DNA from: Trichodelitschia bisporula
Taxonomy: Eukaryota
Direction of reading: 5' to 3'
Length of the DNA stretch: 64,000 nt
Assembly (NCBI GenBank): GCA_010356995.1
Contig: ML996694.1
Coordinates: 433,224-497,223 of the forward strand
In this document: one piece after another, positions 48,727-61,340 of the stretch
How positions within the stretch are numbered: position 1 is the first letter of the stretch
Layout of the letters: each line of letters opens with the position of its first letter
Made by a program: the position numbers and the translations under genes
Notes under the pieces: generated by a model
Database searches by the model: none
Seen by the model: only the letters and a program-made list of their open reading frames with translations
What the model was told of the DNA's origin: nothing

Positions 48727-51700
48727 CTGGCGCATATGTGCGCGAGAAAACAAAAAAAGATGCTGGTCCGCCGGTATGCAAGGCTAGCAGCCAAAATTTG
48801 CTAGTGTGATACGTCTGAAGGGTCCGAGGTGCCATCAGCGTAACTTTCTTTTCCAAGAGCACGTTCTCGACAATCAGCCTTTCCGAAAGAGATAGTTGAT
48901 AATTTGGCATATCGGGATAAACTCCAAGGACGGGGCATCATTGCGGCGTCTCCTGTGTTCGGGACAGTTGATTAGTTCTCGCTTTCTCGGGATGGAATAT
49001 GGCGGTAGCTTTCTTTTGTTCCGGACTATTCACGATTACTCTAGGCGGCCCGGTGATGTTTTTGTCGATTTGTTTTCCAGTGGGTGTCGCTTGTTCCTTG
49101 TCATATGCCTTCGGTGATGTTTTCTTTGTAACGGCTGCTGTACAACCTTGAGTGGGACCTGATGAGGCTTGGCCCGGGATGCTTCCATACATGACAGGTA
49201 CCAGGTTGACTCAACCTAGATGGGAGGTTAGAGACTGGAACTGGTGTGCAAGGTAAACTGCTGTTGAGCGCAGTGACTAAAAGGGTCCATGTGACCGTGC
49301 GGGGGCCTTCGAGTGATTGGTACGTACTCAGCTAAAGAAACTTGGACTTTTGTTCAAGAGCAGTACATTCAAAGAAAGCCTCATTGTTTTCGTTCCTGGC
49401 TGCTGGGGTCATTGGACAACCCAAGTGACGATTTCATGTTTCCGGTTTAGTAAGCGAGATGGTGAGATGGTGGGTTAGGGGTCCCGTTTGGGTTGTTCTT
49501 CAAACCAGGTAATGGGCGACGCCACGAGACGCCATGGGACCGGGATAGACAGCCATCATGTCAACTTGCCCTGACAGCTTTGTTCCACGTACTGTAGAAG
49601 TTGAGTAATGGCTTTTGGGTTGTGCCGAATTATCCTTGGTCCATCTGTGAGATGCTGACATGGCCAATCAGAGTCCGGGGATACCTCCGGCAGCCTTAAA
49701 ATCAAGACTTAAGATCCAGCTGATCGGGTCCATGCATAAGAGCTGACCATGATCAAGTTGACGAAAAAGCATATTAATTTGGCGCATGATTCGTGAACTG
49801 GATTGAGGAAGACGTACTCTTAGGCTTTCTTCAGCAGCATCCTTGTTCAATCTTCACCTTGCCATCCAGATCGGAGAGCCAGTCATCAGCATTCCATACG
49901 AAGGTAGTCGTACCGAACCAGCAACGACAAGATGCACCCCTGTATTAAAACACGAGATATCCACAGCTGATGCCGACAACCACAGGAGGACCAAGGGATG
50001 GGCATTAGGCAAATGTGATAGCACGAGTGACACGCGACGATATTGGAAACTGGCGGTCCGGTCGAGGAAGGAAGGAAGTGGAGGAAGAAGAGGTTACGAA
50101 GAGGCAGTTTCATAACCAGGAGATGTGACGGTGAAGAGACTGACAAACACGCACACCGAATATGCGACAGGGCCGATCCCACGGCCCCAGACAAGGAGTT
50201 GCAGTTCTAGATTCCTGGTCCAGCAAGCCAGCGTAGCGCAGAGCATGGTACCCGCGTCGCTCCAGACCGGGCTTTAGCCAACCCCGAGGGGCTAGAAGGC
50301 CAAAGGATGCAGGAGGCCTGAAGCACCAAGACGATCAAGAGGGACAACAAACAAACAAAGCAAATTTAAAAAGAGAATGAACGAGACAGCATACTCATGG
50401 TCATCGATCGGCAATCATAGCGTTAGGGTTAGTATGGTATATCGCCATCTTCATTTGGTCTTCACTCGGCTTCTCAACCCTCCCTTTAACTATATTCCCT
50501 GGTGCATCAACACCATCGTCAAAAACAAGTCGCTATTGGCCCCCCCCCAACTGTCACCTTAGCTCTTAGCTGTCCCTCCCGCCCCCCTCCCCGCGGTTGA
50601 CACGCGGACACGCTGCATATCGACGTCATTAGCAGCGCCAGGCTTGGCCACACGCATGCTGCCGTAACTTGGCAGCTCGTCCGCCCTCAAACCACCCCGC
50701 CGCAGAAACACACCGTGAAGCCTAGAGACCGTGTGATGCAGCACGTGCCGTACCCAGCCACATTTCGCATCTCCTTTGCGCCAGCATTCCGGCCTGCCTG
50801 CATACACGAGCTCATCGGGAATAACGAGCGCCAGATGCTCAGGTGCGTGCGAAAGGCAGAGAAACCCGCCAAGTACCGTAGAGATGTGTTCTCGTGGTTT
50901 CCGTGAGATAGGTGGGAAGTTTGAACGGAGAGCGGGCACTGAAATACACCGGGCAACGCTAATATGGAGTCGTAGGTATGGCTTCATTATGCGTAAAAGG
51001 CACTCCCGCCCAGCCTTCATTAAACCTTCATATCCTCACCTCACCAACAGCCAACATGGAGATGCTTGAGATATCGGCTAGCACGACGGTCTACGTAAAG
51101 TGGGTACTATGTAGGTACACACCAAGCCGGAAGTATCCCCGGTTCCATAGAGTGATCATCCGTCTCGCTAGCGCTGAAAGGTAATGCTGGCGTTGCTTGT
51201 CTTGCGCCGCTCCAGCAAAATCACCCGCATCCATGCTTCCGATTCAGCCCACTCCCCACATTCAGGACTGAAGAGCTCAGCGCCATCCGGCTCGTCGTGA
51301 GCGCCCCCTGCGTATGCCGAGACTGTGTAGAAGGTGCAAGACGACTCTGCAAAGTGCTACTACGTACGATGGTAGAACCTACGGTACATTGTAGCCGGGG
51401 AAACTTGGCCCTCAGCCTTTCCAGCACAACGGATACACTTACCGTAGGCTTCGGCACATGGGACGTTCGCCGAATTCTCGTCCCCCTCTCGATGCAGCAG
51501 GAACAAGAACACCCACAGCAGGACCCTGAGACCCTGCTTCAGTGCACGAGTGCCTATCGAAGGTGACAGGCCCGCCTCATCGGTCCGTGGAACTGTCCAC
51601 ACTAATTCGTGTGCTCGAAGAGGTAACATCATTGGCCGATGGCTGGTCCGCAAAGCGTCCAAGAAGCTAGAACCGGGGCAGCGCCACGACGCCACGCTAA

Positions 51701-52389
51701 CCCCCGGCGAGCGGGAGAAGCTCACCGGGTCCAGCCGCTTAGCGGCATGGAGTGAGAGCCGTTGACGTCATCTACTCGAATACAACGATCCATGTTTCAC
51801 ACGCTCGGACAACCTGTGCAGTAGCACCCGCCGAGCAGTACCCAACAATATGTGGGACTAGATATGCGCCACCTCACGTTGCTTAACATGGATGGAAAGC
51901 TCCTCCCTCTACCGTATGCCCCCCCACAAGGTACGTAGCTGGCCCATCATTGAATCTCACCCGGCAACTCTGCTCATGTACATAGTATGTACACTGTAAG
52001 CGGGCACTCAGCCGTCCACACATCACTTATTCATTGCCCCAACCAGTGTTGATGTACCGCTTTACTGCGTGTACCGGTAGGTCAGCCAGGAGACCAGTGC
52101 GAGTTAGAGCTTTATATCACCCATGCACAAGTTTCAAAATCATACGACTGACGGCCTGAGCCCCTCGTGATATTCAGTGCAGCGTCAGCCCCCCGGCATT
52201 TGTGATCCCGAGTGCAGCATATGGGAGCATATGGTAGCTACTTCGTAAACAGGCTATCCCATGCACACCAACCTAACATCCCGATGTGTTCAACCCCGGC
52301 CACCCCACCACTCAACACCCGGCCTTCGACCCCTAACGGACCCCTACAACGTGCGGTATGCCTCTTCAATCCCGAGTCTCTCAGGATTC

Positions 52390-54238
52390 CTAAGCTTGGG
52401 AGTGAGCGGGAATGGCACCTTGCGCCTGCGCCGCCATCTGTTCTGCAAACGTTTGCTTGTACTCCACATCCGCCCTGCGGACGGCCCGTGCCGTGTCGCG
52501 CAGTAGAGCTTTGACAGCCTCGCGTCCGCCAGAAACGGGGTCTACGCGGAGGCGTTTGCCTGTCTTGGCCAGATACTGGTCGGCCTGTGCCTTCTGCAGG
52601 CGGAGCAGCTCCATGCGTTCGGTTTCAGCCACTTCAGCCACCGCGGCGGCGCGCTCGAGCGACTTAAGCAGCGTTTCAGCCAGCTTTGACAGCTCGTCGG
52701 CGCGCGACTCGTCACCGGAGTAGTACACGTCCCAGAAGTAGTGGAGGAACTCGATGGTTGTGTTGTGTGTCATGGTTGTTGATGCAAGCTGGTCGCTCGA
52801 CAGACCCACATCCCCACTCGAGGCCTGCCTTGCAATGGTTCGCTTGATGCGTCCTATGAGATTGTTCGTAGCAGAAGTTGCTTCTCGGTCGCCATCCTCC
52901 CCCAGCTCCGCTGGAAGATCACGCTGTCTACTGACTTCAGCACAGACGGCAGCGATAGCATCTTTGGCATCTATGCCTTTGCCATCGCTTTTGGGTGCCG
53001 CGGGTTTCGGTTGCCTCCTTATTAACCGGATTTGGTTGTCCTGGGAATTCAGCTGGAGGTCCCGGAGCCTGACCTCTCTGTACGTCTCCTCGTCCATGCC
53101 AACAGGGTTGTGGGCTGGCCCATCGGATGGTGGGGCATTGGCCATCAACTTTTCGCTGGTCATGTTGAGAACTCGGAGGATCGGTACTTTGTCATGCGGG
53201 TTGGGTCGCATCATGATGTCAGGCGCATTGCCTCGCCTCTGGCTGTTGTTCTGTTCGTTACCGTCGAGATCGAGGAACCGGGGAATATACGTGGCAGTAA
53301 ACTGCTTGGTGCGGTCATCCTTCTCATCGAAGTTGAGGTATTTGTCAAACGCCCCAATCGCAGGGTCCATGTCTGTTATCCGCTCGCCTTTCAGTTTCTT
53401 GCAGAGACGGCTCACGAAGAACTTCGCCCAAAAATCCATTTCGGCAAAGACCCGCGGTACCAAGTCATTGTAGATGCGGCGGACTATGGGATGTTGGCTG
53501 AAAACGTCCTGAATCTGCTCCTTGCTCAGAGTCATCCTGAGCTTTCCCTCTCCTACGCCATCTCCCTCCACAGTCTCCACGTTATCCAGTTTAACCACGG
53601 AGAGCACGTTGTATGGACCCTGCATCTGCTTCTTCTCAATAGCATGTGCCCGAAGCAGGTGTATCCTCGTCGACCAGAAATGTGCTGAAAACTGACTGAT
53701 TGTGATGGTGTCGGGCTTTCCCTTCAGTGCTTCGTCAAAACGTTGCCGCAGCTGCGGGTCGATACTGAGAAGAGACTTTTGCAGAACGATGTCACTCATC
53801 AGCTGCTCATCAGAATCCACTTCGCAATCGGGCCTGTCGGCCTTGGGTTCTGGCCTGGGTTCCGCTTTGCCTTCTGCCTTCTCCTTGTTCGCTGCAATGA
53901 CCAGTCGTAGCGCATCAACGAAGGTGGTCTGCTCCGCCCGGGCGGCCGTCGGAGATGTGAAGACAAAAACATAGCTTTCAGGGGCTGCCATGCCGGGGCG
54001 CTGGACGGTGAGCTTCACGGAAGCCTTCGCGCTGGTATCAGGCGACTTTCCGAGATCTAGTCCAAACCCGTCAGCGACATTCGGTGACGTGGCGGACAAA
54101 CGTACTGATTACTTCGGACACTAAGAGACTTGCTGAAGAGTTTGACCCGGTCCATTTAACAGCCTTACGGTCTGCTGTAACCACAAGCGTTCCATCTTGC
54201 TTCTTGTATGAGGCCGAGAGATTGATCTCGGAAGCCAT
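52390..54238 (-). CDS. TFB1: TFIIH subunit Tfb1/p62, ~599 aa; exons 54238-54106, 54056-52390
   Basis: N-terminal PH-like ASYKKQDGTL; BSD-like segments LQKSLL..FWSTRIHLLRAHAIE and IQDVFSQHP..DFWAKFFVSRL; C-terminal TTIEFLHYFW. One 49-nt GTACGT..GCTGAC..TAG intron. Confidence 0.92.
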
Positions 54239-54548
54239 GTCGAAAGTGCGGAGGAAGCGTGATAGTGCTGAAGTTAAGTGGTCGAAGCTTCCATAGGTCT
54301 CGCGAATGTTCACTACAAGATATGAGGCAGACGAGAGAATATATGCTTGGAATGCATGAGGGCGTTTGCCTGTTGAACCGGAGGTGTTGCCTCCGCACTT
54401 CAGTGCGCGCGACGCGCCAAGCTACTAGGACTGATTGGCTTTCCGCCTAAAATAGTTCCCATGACCTTACTGTACAAATCCGGGTTGAGTTAGGAGGTGG
54501 AATTCAGTTGCTACAAAAGGCGAATATCTGATATGTACTCTAGGACGT

Positions 54549-56132
54549 TCAAGTTTCAGGCCCTTTCCTCCAGAGATCTCTCCAGAACTGCCGGAGCCCA
54601 TACCCCTTCTTCTCTATATCCTCATCGTACACTCGAGCCTTGGCCATCTCAAACTTTTCAAGAATACCACTGGGTCGGGTTGCCCCTACTGAGGCGCTTG
54701 ACCGTGGCCTTGATGCCCTTTCGCGAATCTCTTCGGGAAGGAAGGGCGCCACATTGGCGTACGCAGACTTCAACTCTCGTGCAAGGTTGAAGTATGGCTT
54801 TCGCGCGAGTTTCGGTGCGATTAGGTTGTAACTTCTCGTCAACTTATTGAGGGCTTTGATGGTGAGATTGTGGTAGGCAAACTCTGTCCGTTCCCAATCT
54901 GGATCCCGAAATGGCGCTCGTGCTGGGATCGCCGTGCTCGATGGAGGCGGTTGAATATCTGGTGCCTCGAAAGACGTAGAAGCGCCCCCAGAGTCCACTG
55001 TGACATTTTCAACCGTTAATTGCCCGGAAAGAGATATCTGAGATACGTGGCCATCCGGGTTGATTGTTGTGACCCTGACTCTTTTCCAAGTCGGAGGATT
55101 ATCAACAGCCTCAGCTGCCGCGTACTCCTCTGCTCGTCTAACTTGGTCTTCTAATGTGCCTCCTTGACTTGAAATCATTCGCGCCGCGTGTCGCTTCCAG
55201 TCATTCCGCAACCGAGAACGGAATTTGGTAGAGGTACTGACTAGCTCTTGCTGCTTTTCGATCCAAGGTGGAACGATGTCTTGCTTCTTGATCACTTTGT
55301 TCAGCAAATACTCAGTAGTGTCCAAGAACGGACTACTGGCTTGATAGTCCCGCTCAAGTTGCTGTCCGCGCGGAAGGTTTTTGAACTGGCCCCGCGCAAT
55401 GGCATCCTCAATACGCTGGTTAGCCAGGTTCTCCAGGCCGCGCATAGTTGCGGGCATCGTGCGTGCCCCGGGCGAAAAGCGTTCCTTCATCTCCCTTGCG
55501 AATTGTTCTCTCTCAATTTCCGACAGGCCGGCCTCCTTCAGCGCAGCGTACATTGTGCTGCGGTCTCTGGCGGTGGCCAGCCTATCCCCTGCGACCGCTC
55601 CGGACTGTGATCGGCCAGTGTCCACCTTCGAAGGAAGTCGTATAATAGGAGTTGGTATCTTAGATGGGCCGCGCAGAGGCTTATGGGCGTCGGTGAGCAT
55701 CCGCAGCGCGGTATCTTCGATGGCTTCCGTCCCAGTCCAAGGCCGAGCGCCTGCGATGTCCCTTGTTCTTGCGCCTGCGCCTGAAGGAAGCCGAGATAGT
55801 GCGATGGCGCTCGCATGTTCGCTCTTGAACTTCGCACCTGCTATGCGCTCCTCAAGTTGCCGGCGAAGATCCTCGCTGAATCCCGCCTCTTCAACCACCT
55901 TTTGCGCGCTCCGAGGAGACGACTCCAAGCTGTCATGGCTCATCTGTTCCAGTCTCCGGGCCATTGCACCCTTCTCCTCTTCCACCCCTTGTCTTCTGGC
56001 CGGTTTTGGCCCATCGTGGTTTTGGCGCGTTGATGACGCAACCGTCTGGCGGGCAAGGAGTGGCGGATGAGGTCGGCGCCCAAGCCAAAAACTTTTGAGG
56101 CAGACAGGCTTCGCTGCAATTGTACGTTTCAT
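54549..56132 (-). CDS. DUF1992 (DNAJC28-like conserved domain) protein, probably mitochondrial, ~527 aa
   Basis: Single-exon ORF with ANQRIEDAIARGQFKNLPRG...LLNKVIKKQDIVPPWIEKQQE and LNKLTRSYNLIAP; basic N-terminus. In-frame upstream ATGs exist up to 56216. Confidence 0.85.
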   Translation of the reverse strand: MKRTIAAKPVCLKSFWLGRRPHPPLLARQTVASSTRQNHDGPKPARRQGVEEEKGAMARRLEQMSHDSLESSPRSAQKVVEEAGFSEDLRRQLEERIAGAKFKSEHASAIALSRLPSGAGARTRDIAGARPWTGTEAIEDTALRMLTDAHKPLRGPSKIPTPIIRLPSKVDTGRSQSGAVAGDRLATARDRSTMYAALKEAGLSEIEREQFAREMKERFSPGARTMPATMRGLENLANQRIEDAIARGQFKNLPRGQQLERDYQASSPFLDTTEYLLNKVIKKQDIVPPWIEKQQELVSTSTKFRSRLRNDWKRHAARMISSQGGTLEDQVRRAEEYAAAEAVDNPPTWKRVRVTTINPDGHVSQISLSGQLTVENVTVDSGGASTSFEAPDIQPPPSSTAIPARAPFRDPDWERTEFAYHNLTIKALNKLTRSYNLIAPKLARKPYFNLARELKSAYANVAPFLPEEIRERASRPRSSASVGATRPSGILEKFEMAKARVYDEDIEKKGYGLRQFWRDLWRKGPET

Positions 56133-56786
56133 GAGATATGTGATTGTGTAGGGGGAGTGTGCAATGCTCGACATTGATGAGGGAGTGGTTGCAGGAGAGG
56201 CGACGATTCGCCACATGGACTTGATTGTGGGGCGGAGATGAACCCCACTCCGCAATCAGATCTTGGCCCCACTAATCGCGTACCGGGTAGTTGCTGCTTG
56301 AAACCTCCAAGCTCAGCGATTGGCTTAAAGGAGCTACCACGTACAGGTAATATGGGCCCTCCACGACTTTCGGACCAGGGGTTTTCGACATGCGGGCGCG
56401 GTGCTCAACGACACTCTACAACCAATATAGCCTTGTTAAGGAGCTTGTGTTATGAGATGCTGCACGCACACTTGTACTTGGAGACGCTGACCAAGGAGCA
56501 AGTGCTTCCTTTCATATCGTGTCCGACATGAGGCATCTGACAAATTTTGCGCAACAAGTCATGAAGACGATTGCTAGAATTCACATGGCACCGTTGAAGC
56601 AGTCAAGAAGTCAGTTGAACTCCATTCTAAGATACAGCTATCCGAGACGCCGTTTCAGTTTCTGAACCTACGCCGTAACCGACCACATGAGACTATCCGT
56701 TTTCCATGCCTGCGCCGTGTGAAAAATGCATTTTCCGTAATCGCGTTGTCGTAGACGCATTAATCAGAGCTTCCAACATTTCCAAA

Positions 56787-57359
56787 TTAGATCCCAAGAG
56801 TGAGACCCATGGCAAGCACGAGCAGGACAGGGAAGGCTCCGACGGCAGCCAACCCGGTACCGGAGCTAGGCTGGAGCGAGGTCTGAATCGGCGCCGTGGT
56901 CTCCGCGCCAGTAGGCACAGAGATGGCAGTGACAACGACAGTGGAGGCCAAGGTGGAGTTGGCGAACGGGCCCGGAACCGTGACGACAGCGGTGGAGCGA
57001 ACGGCAGATCCGTTAGCAATGCCGGCGATCGAGGTGATGGCAGAGCTGAGGGCAGAGCTGAGGACAGAACCGTTGGCAACCGACGTGGTCATATGAGGCT
57101 GGCCGTACTCGAGGGTAACCGACGCCGTAGCAGTGACTGAGGCAGTCGTGGTCTGCGTCGTGACAGTGGTCGTGTTACCGCTCAGAACGACGGCACCAGG
57201 GACCGTGGTCAGGGCGACTGGCTCCTTACCAGTGGCGATGACGTAGGAACCGGAAGAGCTGACAGACACAGCAGCGACAGAGACGGAGCTGCTGCTCTGA
57301 GCCTGTGCGGACACGATGGCGAGAAGCGCTGCGAGAACAGAGATCTTGATGGCGACCAT
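56787..57359 (-). CDS. Secreted Ser/Thr-rich, putative GPI-anchored cell-surface protein, 190 aa
   Basis: Signal peptide MVAIKISVLAALLAIVSA; S/T/V/A-rich body with N-X-S/T sites (NTT, NGS, NST); small-residue segment SSGTG then hydrophobic C-terminus AVGAFPVLLVLAMGLTLGI. Confidence 0.88.
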   Translation of the reverse strand: MVAIKISVLAALLAIVSAQAQSSSSVSVAAVSVSSSGSYVIATGKEPVALTTVPGAVVLSGNTTTVTTQTTTASVTATASVTLEYGQPHMTTSVANGSVLSSALSSAITSIAGIANGSAVRSTAVVTVPGPFANSTLASTVVVTAISVPTGAETTAPIQTSLQPSSGTGLAAVGAFPVLLVLAMGLTLGI

Positions 57360-57460
57360 GGTTGCGGATAGTTGCAGATGACAACGATAGAGAGGGAGAA
57401 CGAGTGAGGAAGACCGTAAGATGTCCTGGATGTTTCGCGACGGAGAGAGGGGGTTTTGCC

Positions 57461-57512
57461 GGGGGGGGGGGGGGTTGGGGGGGGGGGGGGGGTGTGGGGG
57501 GGGGGGGGGGGG
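57461..57512. repeat. Interrupted poly-G tract (G14-TT-G16-TGT-G17)
   Basis: Read directly from the sequence, ~100 bp upstream of the GPI-protein ATG. Confidence 0.9.
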
Positions 57513-58964
57513 TGTTGGGAGGCTGTCGTAGTTGGTGAGGATGATGTAGGAGAAAGGTTCAATGGCGGCGCAAAAAGTGGGTTGTGCAGACTGGCGGGGG
57601 GGTTAGCGGGAGTGTGTGGGGAGGTGAGTGTTTAGGCTTGGAAGGAAAGAATAGGAATTCGCATCCGAGTCGGAGGATCGCACCTGCCGATTTTATTTCC
57701 TCTGTTGGTCTCTCCATTTCGAAACGATACCGAGCCCTGATTGGCTGCGGGAGGTGTGTTGCAAAAGGCGGCAAGCATGGAAGGAGCTCCCCTGATGCGC
57801 CCTGAAATGGCCAAACGCGGGCTGGTGCGACGCAACCAGGCCATACCAACATCTTTCTTTCATTCCCTTCTTTTCCCTTTCTCCAGGAGCAAACTATTAC
57901 CGTACCGCACAGCTACACATTCTGGCAGAGGGCGGAGACGACAAGGAAAGGCGATCGATTGGATGGAAACTTTTGACTGACGTGCATTGCGGCTCGGCTG
58001 CGGGTGCATGCTCTAGTCCCAACCACCAGTCATGCCAACCTTTTTCCGTTGATATATCCCCACTTGGCCATTGGTTAGTCCGAACATCTGGCAGAAGCGA
58101 ATCGGCATCCAGCTGAGCGTCTTGAGGCTCATCACCAGGGAGGGGAGGGGGTGCTTCGTGCCTTGAATCTCTCTACGCCCGATTGCATTGGTAGAGGCTG
58201 TTGACGGATGTTCTCTGTAGACTGAGCATCAAGTAGCAGATTCGTCTCCAGTCTCACTTCTCGAAGACAGGCTCCGGGTTTCAAAGGAGCCGGCAGCCGT
58301 CAAAAGTATTGGTGGGGTGCAGTCCAATATGATGCTGTTTTCAGTTGCTGACAGGAGCAAGTGAGAAGATATATACGATTTTCGCAGCTCAGTCTGCCTT
58401 GTATACGGCTTTCATGTCAGCACATGTCAGCTGCGGTTGGCTCTTTGAGGTCTGAGTGTCGAACAACTTTCGGTAGAGAGAAAATGCATGATTATTCTGC
58501 ATTGTTTCTTGCTCAGAACACGACGGGTTCGTGTTCATGAGTACCCGTATTGTGAAGGCTGCGGAACTCCGTGATCTGAACCACTTTCTTCCTTTCTTCT
58601 CTCGCAACGTCGTCGAAACAGAGCTTGTCGTTGCGCAATCCCGCCCCACGCCAACAGAACGCCTCCCCCATCTCAGCTCCTCCTCAGCCACAGGGTCTCC
58701 CGCTTTCGGCGCTGGAGAAAGTCTCAGGCCGGGGTGGGCCCACCCGCCCGTTTCAGACAACATAACCCCAGACACCAACTGCCTTAGTGATCCAGACAGG
58801 GGACCCGCCAATCTACTCCCCTTCATAGCTCTCTGTGCATTCTATCCTACCCCCTCCCCCCAAGGCCCCTACTCCTGTACCTCCCTCGTGTATACTACAA
58901 AACCATCATTGCCTTAACCCCCCCGCCCACCATCTCCCCGCAAACTCTCGACTGCCTGGCTCAA

Positions 58965-61340
58965 ATGGCAGGTCGATTTGTGCGTGCCTCCAAGTACCGT
59001 ACGTCCTCCCTTCCGGCAGCCTGCTCACCGTCTTTCTTGTTGCCCTCCTAACCCTCAATTGCATAGGGCACGTCTTTGGACAGCCCACGAAAAAGGTGTC
59101 ATATGACCCAACGCTGTGATCAGCACATCCGCGTCTCGGAAAGGCTCGTGCTCACTTTGGTTACAGGAGCAATGCTACGATAACCTTCACATCTCCAAAA
59201 ATGCCTGGGATACCAATCTGATCAAGGTCCGCAGTTCGCAACCCTTTGTTTACAAGCCCAATTCTAATAAGGTGTACAGGCTAATCCTCACTACATCTCC
59301 GTCAACTGGGAAGCCAGCGGTGGAGGTGCTTTTGCCGTCATCCCCGTCAACGAGCGCGGCCGGTTGCCCGAGCGCATACCCCTCTTCCGTGGACATACGG
59401 CCGCTGTCCTCGATACCGACTGGTGTGTACACGTTACGTAGCGAGTGACGATGGCGCTGATTCGGCAAGGAACCCGTTCGATGACAGCCTCATCGTATCC
59501 AGCTCCGATGATGGCAAAGTCTTCCTCTGGCGAGTTCCCGAAGAGTTCTCACTGCATACGGATGCCGAGGAGCCCACCGACATTGCTCCTGTTGGACGGC
59601 TGAGTGGGCATACTAGGTCAGCATTTTCTTGCACACCAGTTCACTATGTTGACCCTGCGCAGAAAAGTCGGCCACGTGCTCTTCAACCCCGCCGCTGAGA
59701 ACGTTCTTGCTAGCGCTTCAGGAGATTACACATTGAAGATTTGGGATATCGAGCAGTCCCAGCCGCGTCTCACCCTTAAGCATACCGATATCGTGCAGTC
59801 CTTGTCTTGGAGTGCGGATGGTGCCCTTCTCGTAACGACCTGCCGTGACAAGAAGCTTCGGATATGGGACGTCCGCCAGGAGAAGCCTGCACAAGAGGTT
59901 CCGGTAAGAATGTCTCGTCCCATGGTGGTGCCGTACTGATTCCGAAGGGCCATGGAGGTGCGAAGAATAGCCGCACTGTGTGGATGGGCGAGCTTGACAG
60001 GATCGCGACAACTGGCTTCTCGAGAATGAGTGACCGCCAACTGGGGTTATGGGATGTCAAGAATTTGAAAGAGCCTATTGGTGGCTTTCAGATTTTGGAT
60101 TCCATATCCGGTGTCTGCATGCCCTTCTGGGATGATGGTACGCAGTGCCTGTACCTGGCGGGTAAAGGGTACGTCTTTTCCTTCTCTATAGCGAGGAGCT
60201 GGCTGACGTGAAGAGGGATGGTAACATTCGTTACTTCGAGTACGAGAACGACAAGTTCGAGTACCTCTCGGAATACAAATCGTCCGATCCCCAACGTGGC
60301 ATTGCATTTGTGCCCAAGCGTGGCGTCAATGTATGTTCCACTTTTCTTTCTCCTGCCGAAGGCTCTTAACACGTTAATAGGTTCACGAGAATGAGGTTAT
60401 GCGCGCCTACAAGACTGTCAATGACTCGTACATCGAACCCATCTCGTTTGTTGTTCCCCGTCGTGCGGAGATGTTCCAGAGCGACATTTATCCTCCGACG
60501 GTTGGTCTAAAGCCTGGCGTCTCATCAGGCGAGTGGTTCGAAGGCCAAACCAGCGCCCCGCCCAAGATCTCACTTGAGAGTGTCTATGAGGGCAAGGATC
60601 CTGTTGAGGTTCCCGCAGCTAGCCGCAAGCCCGCCTCGAGCCCCGTCACTAGCCCTCCCCCACCCAAGACTGAACCCGAAGCACCCAAGTCGGCTGAACC
60701 TTCCCCAGCTCCTGTCGCGTCTCGTGGTCCTCCACCATCTGTGAAGGATCAGAAGTCGTCAATCTCAGCCGTGGCATCGAAGTTTGCTGATTCTGCTGAA
60801 GCTGACGAAGAGTCGGACTCATCAAGCTTCGAGGAGATCTCGAAGCCGACCGAGCGCCCCACCGTGGACGTTGTCGCGCGCATGGAAGAAAAGACTCGCG
60901 GTCCGGAGATTTTACAGGAGGCAAAGGTTGAGAATGTGCGGCCTGCCCTTGCTGCAGAACCTGCCAAACCAGATGATTCCAAGGCCGCCGCTGCCGCTAC
61001 AGCACCCAAGTCCTCTCAGCTCTGGAGTGGAGGCAGTAAGGTTGCTGCTTCTGCTGAGTCTGCCGCACCGGCTGGCGCTGCGGGCCCAACCCCGGCAGGT
61101 GCCGCTGAGGGTATCAAGTCGTATCTCCAGGACATCAAGGATGCGCAGAGCCGTACCATTAGCCTACTCGAGCAGCAGCGGCGCGTCATCGGCCAGCAGA
61201 TGGACCAGATCATGTACCTGACTGCCGAACTGGACACGCTCAAGACGCGCATCGGGGAGCGCGAGACCGTTACGGACAAGGATGAGCGCATCCGGCGGCT
61301 CGAACTCGAGCTGGAGGAGGCTAAGAGTCAGGTTCAGTAG
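58965..61340 (+). CDS. CRN1: Coronin (actin-binding WD40 protein), ~649 aa; exons 58965-58998, 59067-59095, 59167-59226, 59280-59422, 59470-59616, 59663-59903, 59948-60168, 60216-60330, 60381-61340
   Basis: MAGRFVRASKYRHVFG signature; SGGGAFAVIP; WD repeats; AGKGDGNIRYFE; PQRG; EPISFVVPRRAEMFQSDIYPPT; C-terminal coiled coil. Confidence 0.96.

Noticed and set aside
50559..51793. Possible spliced minus-strand orphan gene (donors GTGAGC ~51725, GTAAGT ~51442)
   Set aside because: Frames can be joined, but branch points are missing or poorly placed and the product resembles nothing I recognise.
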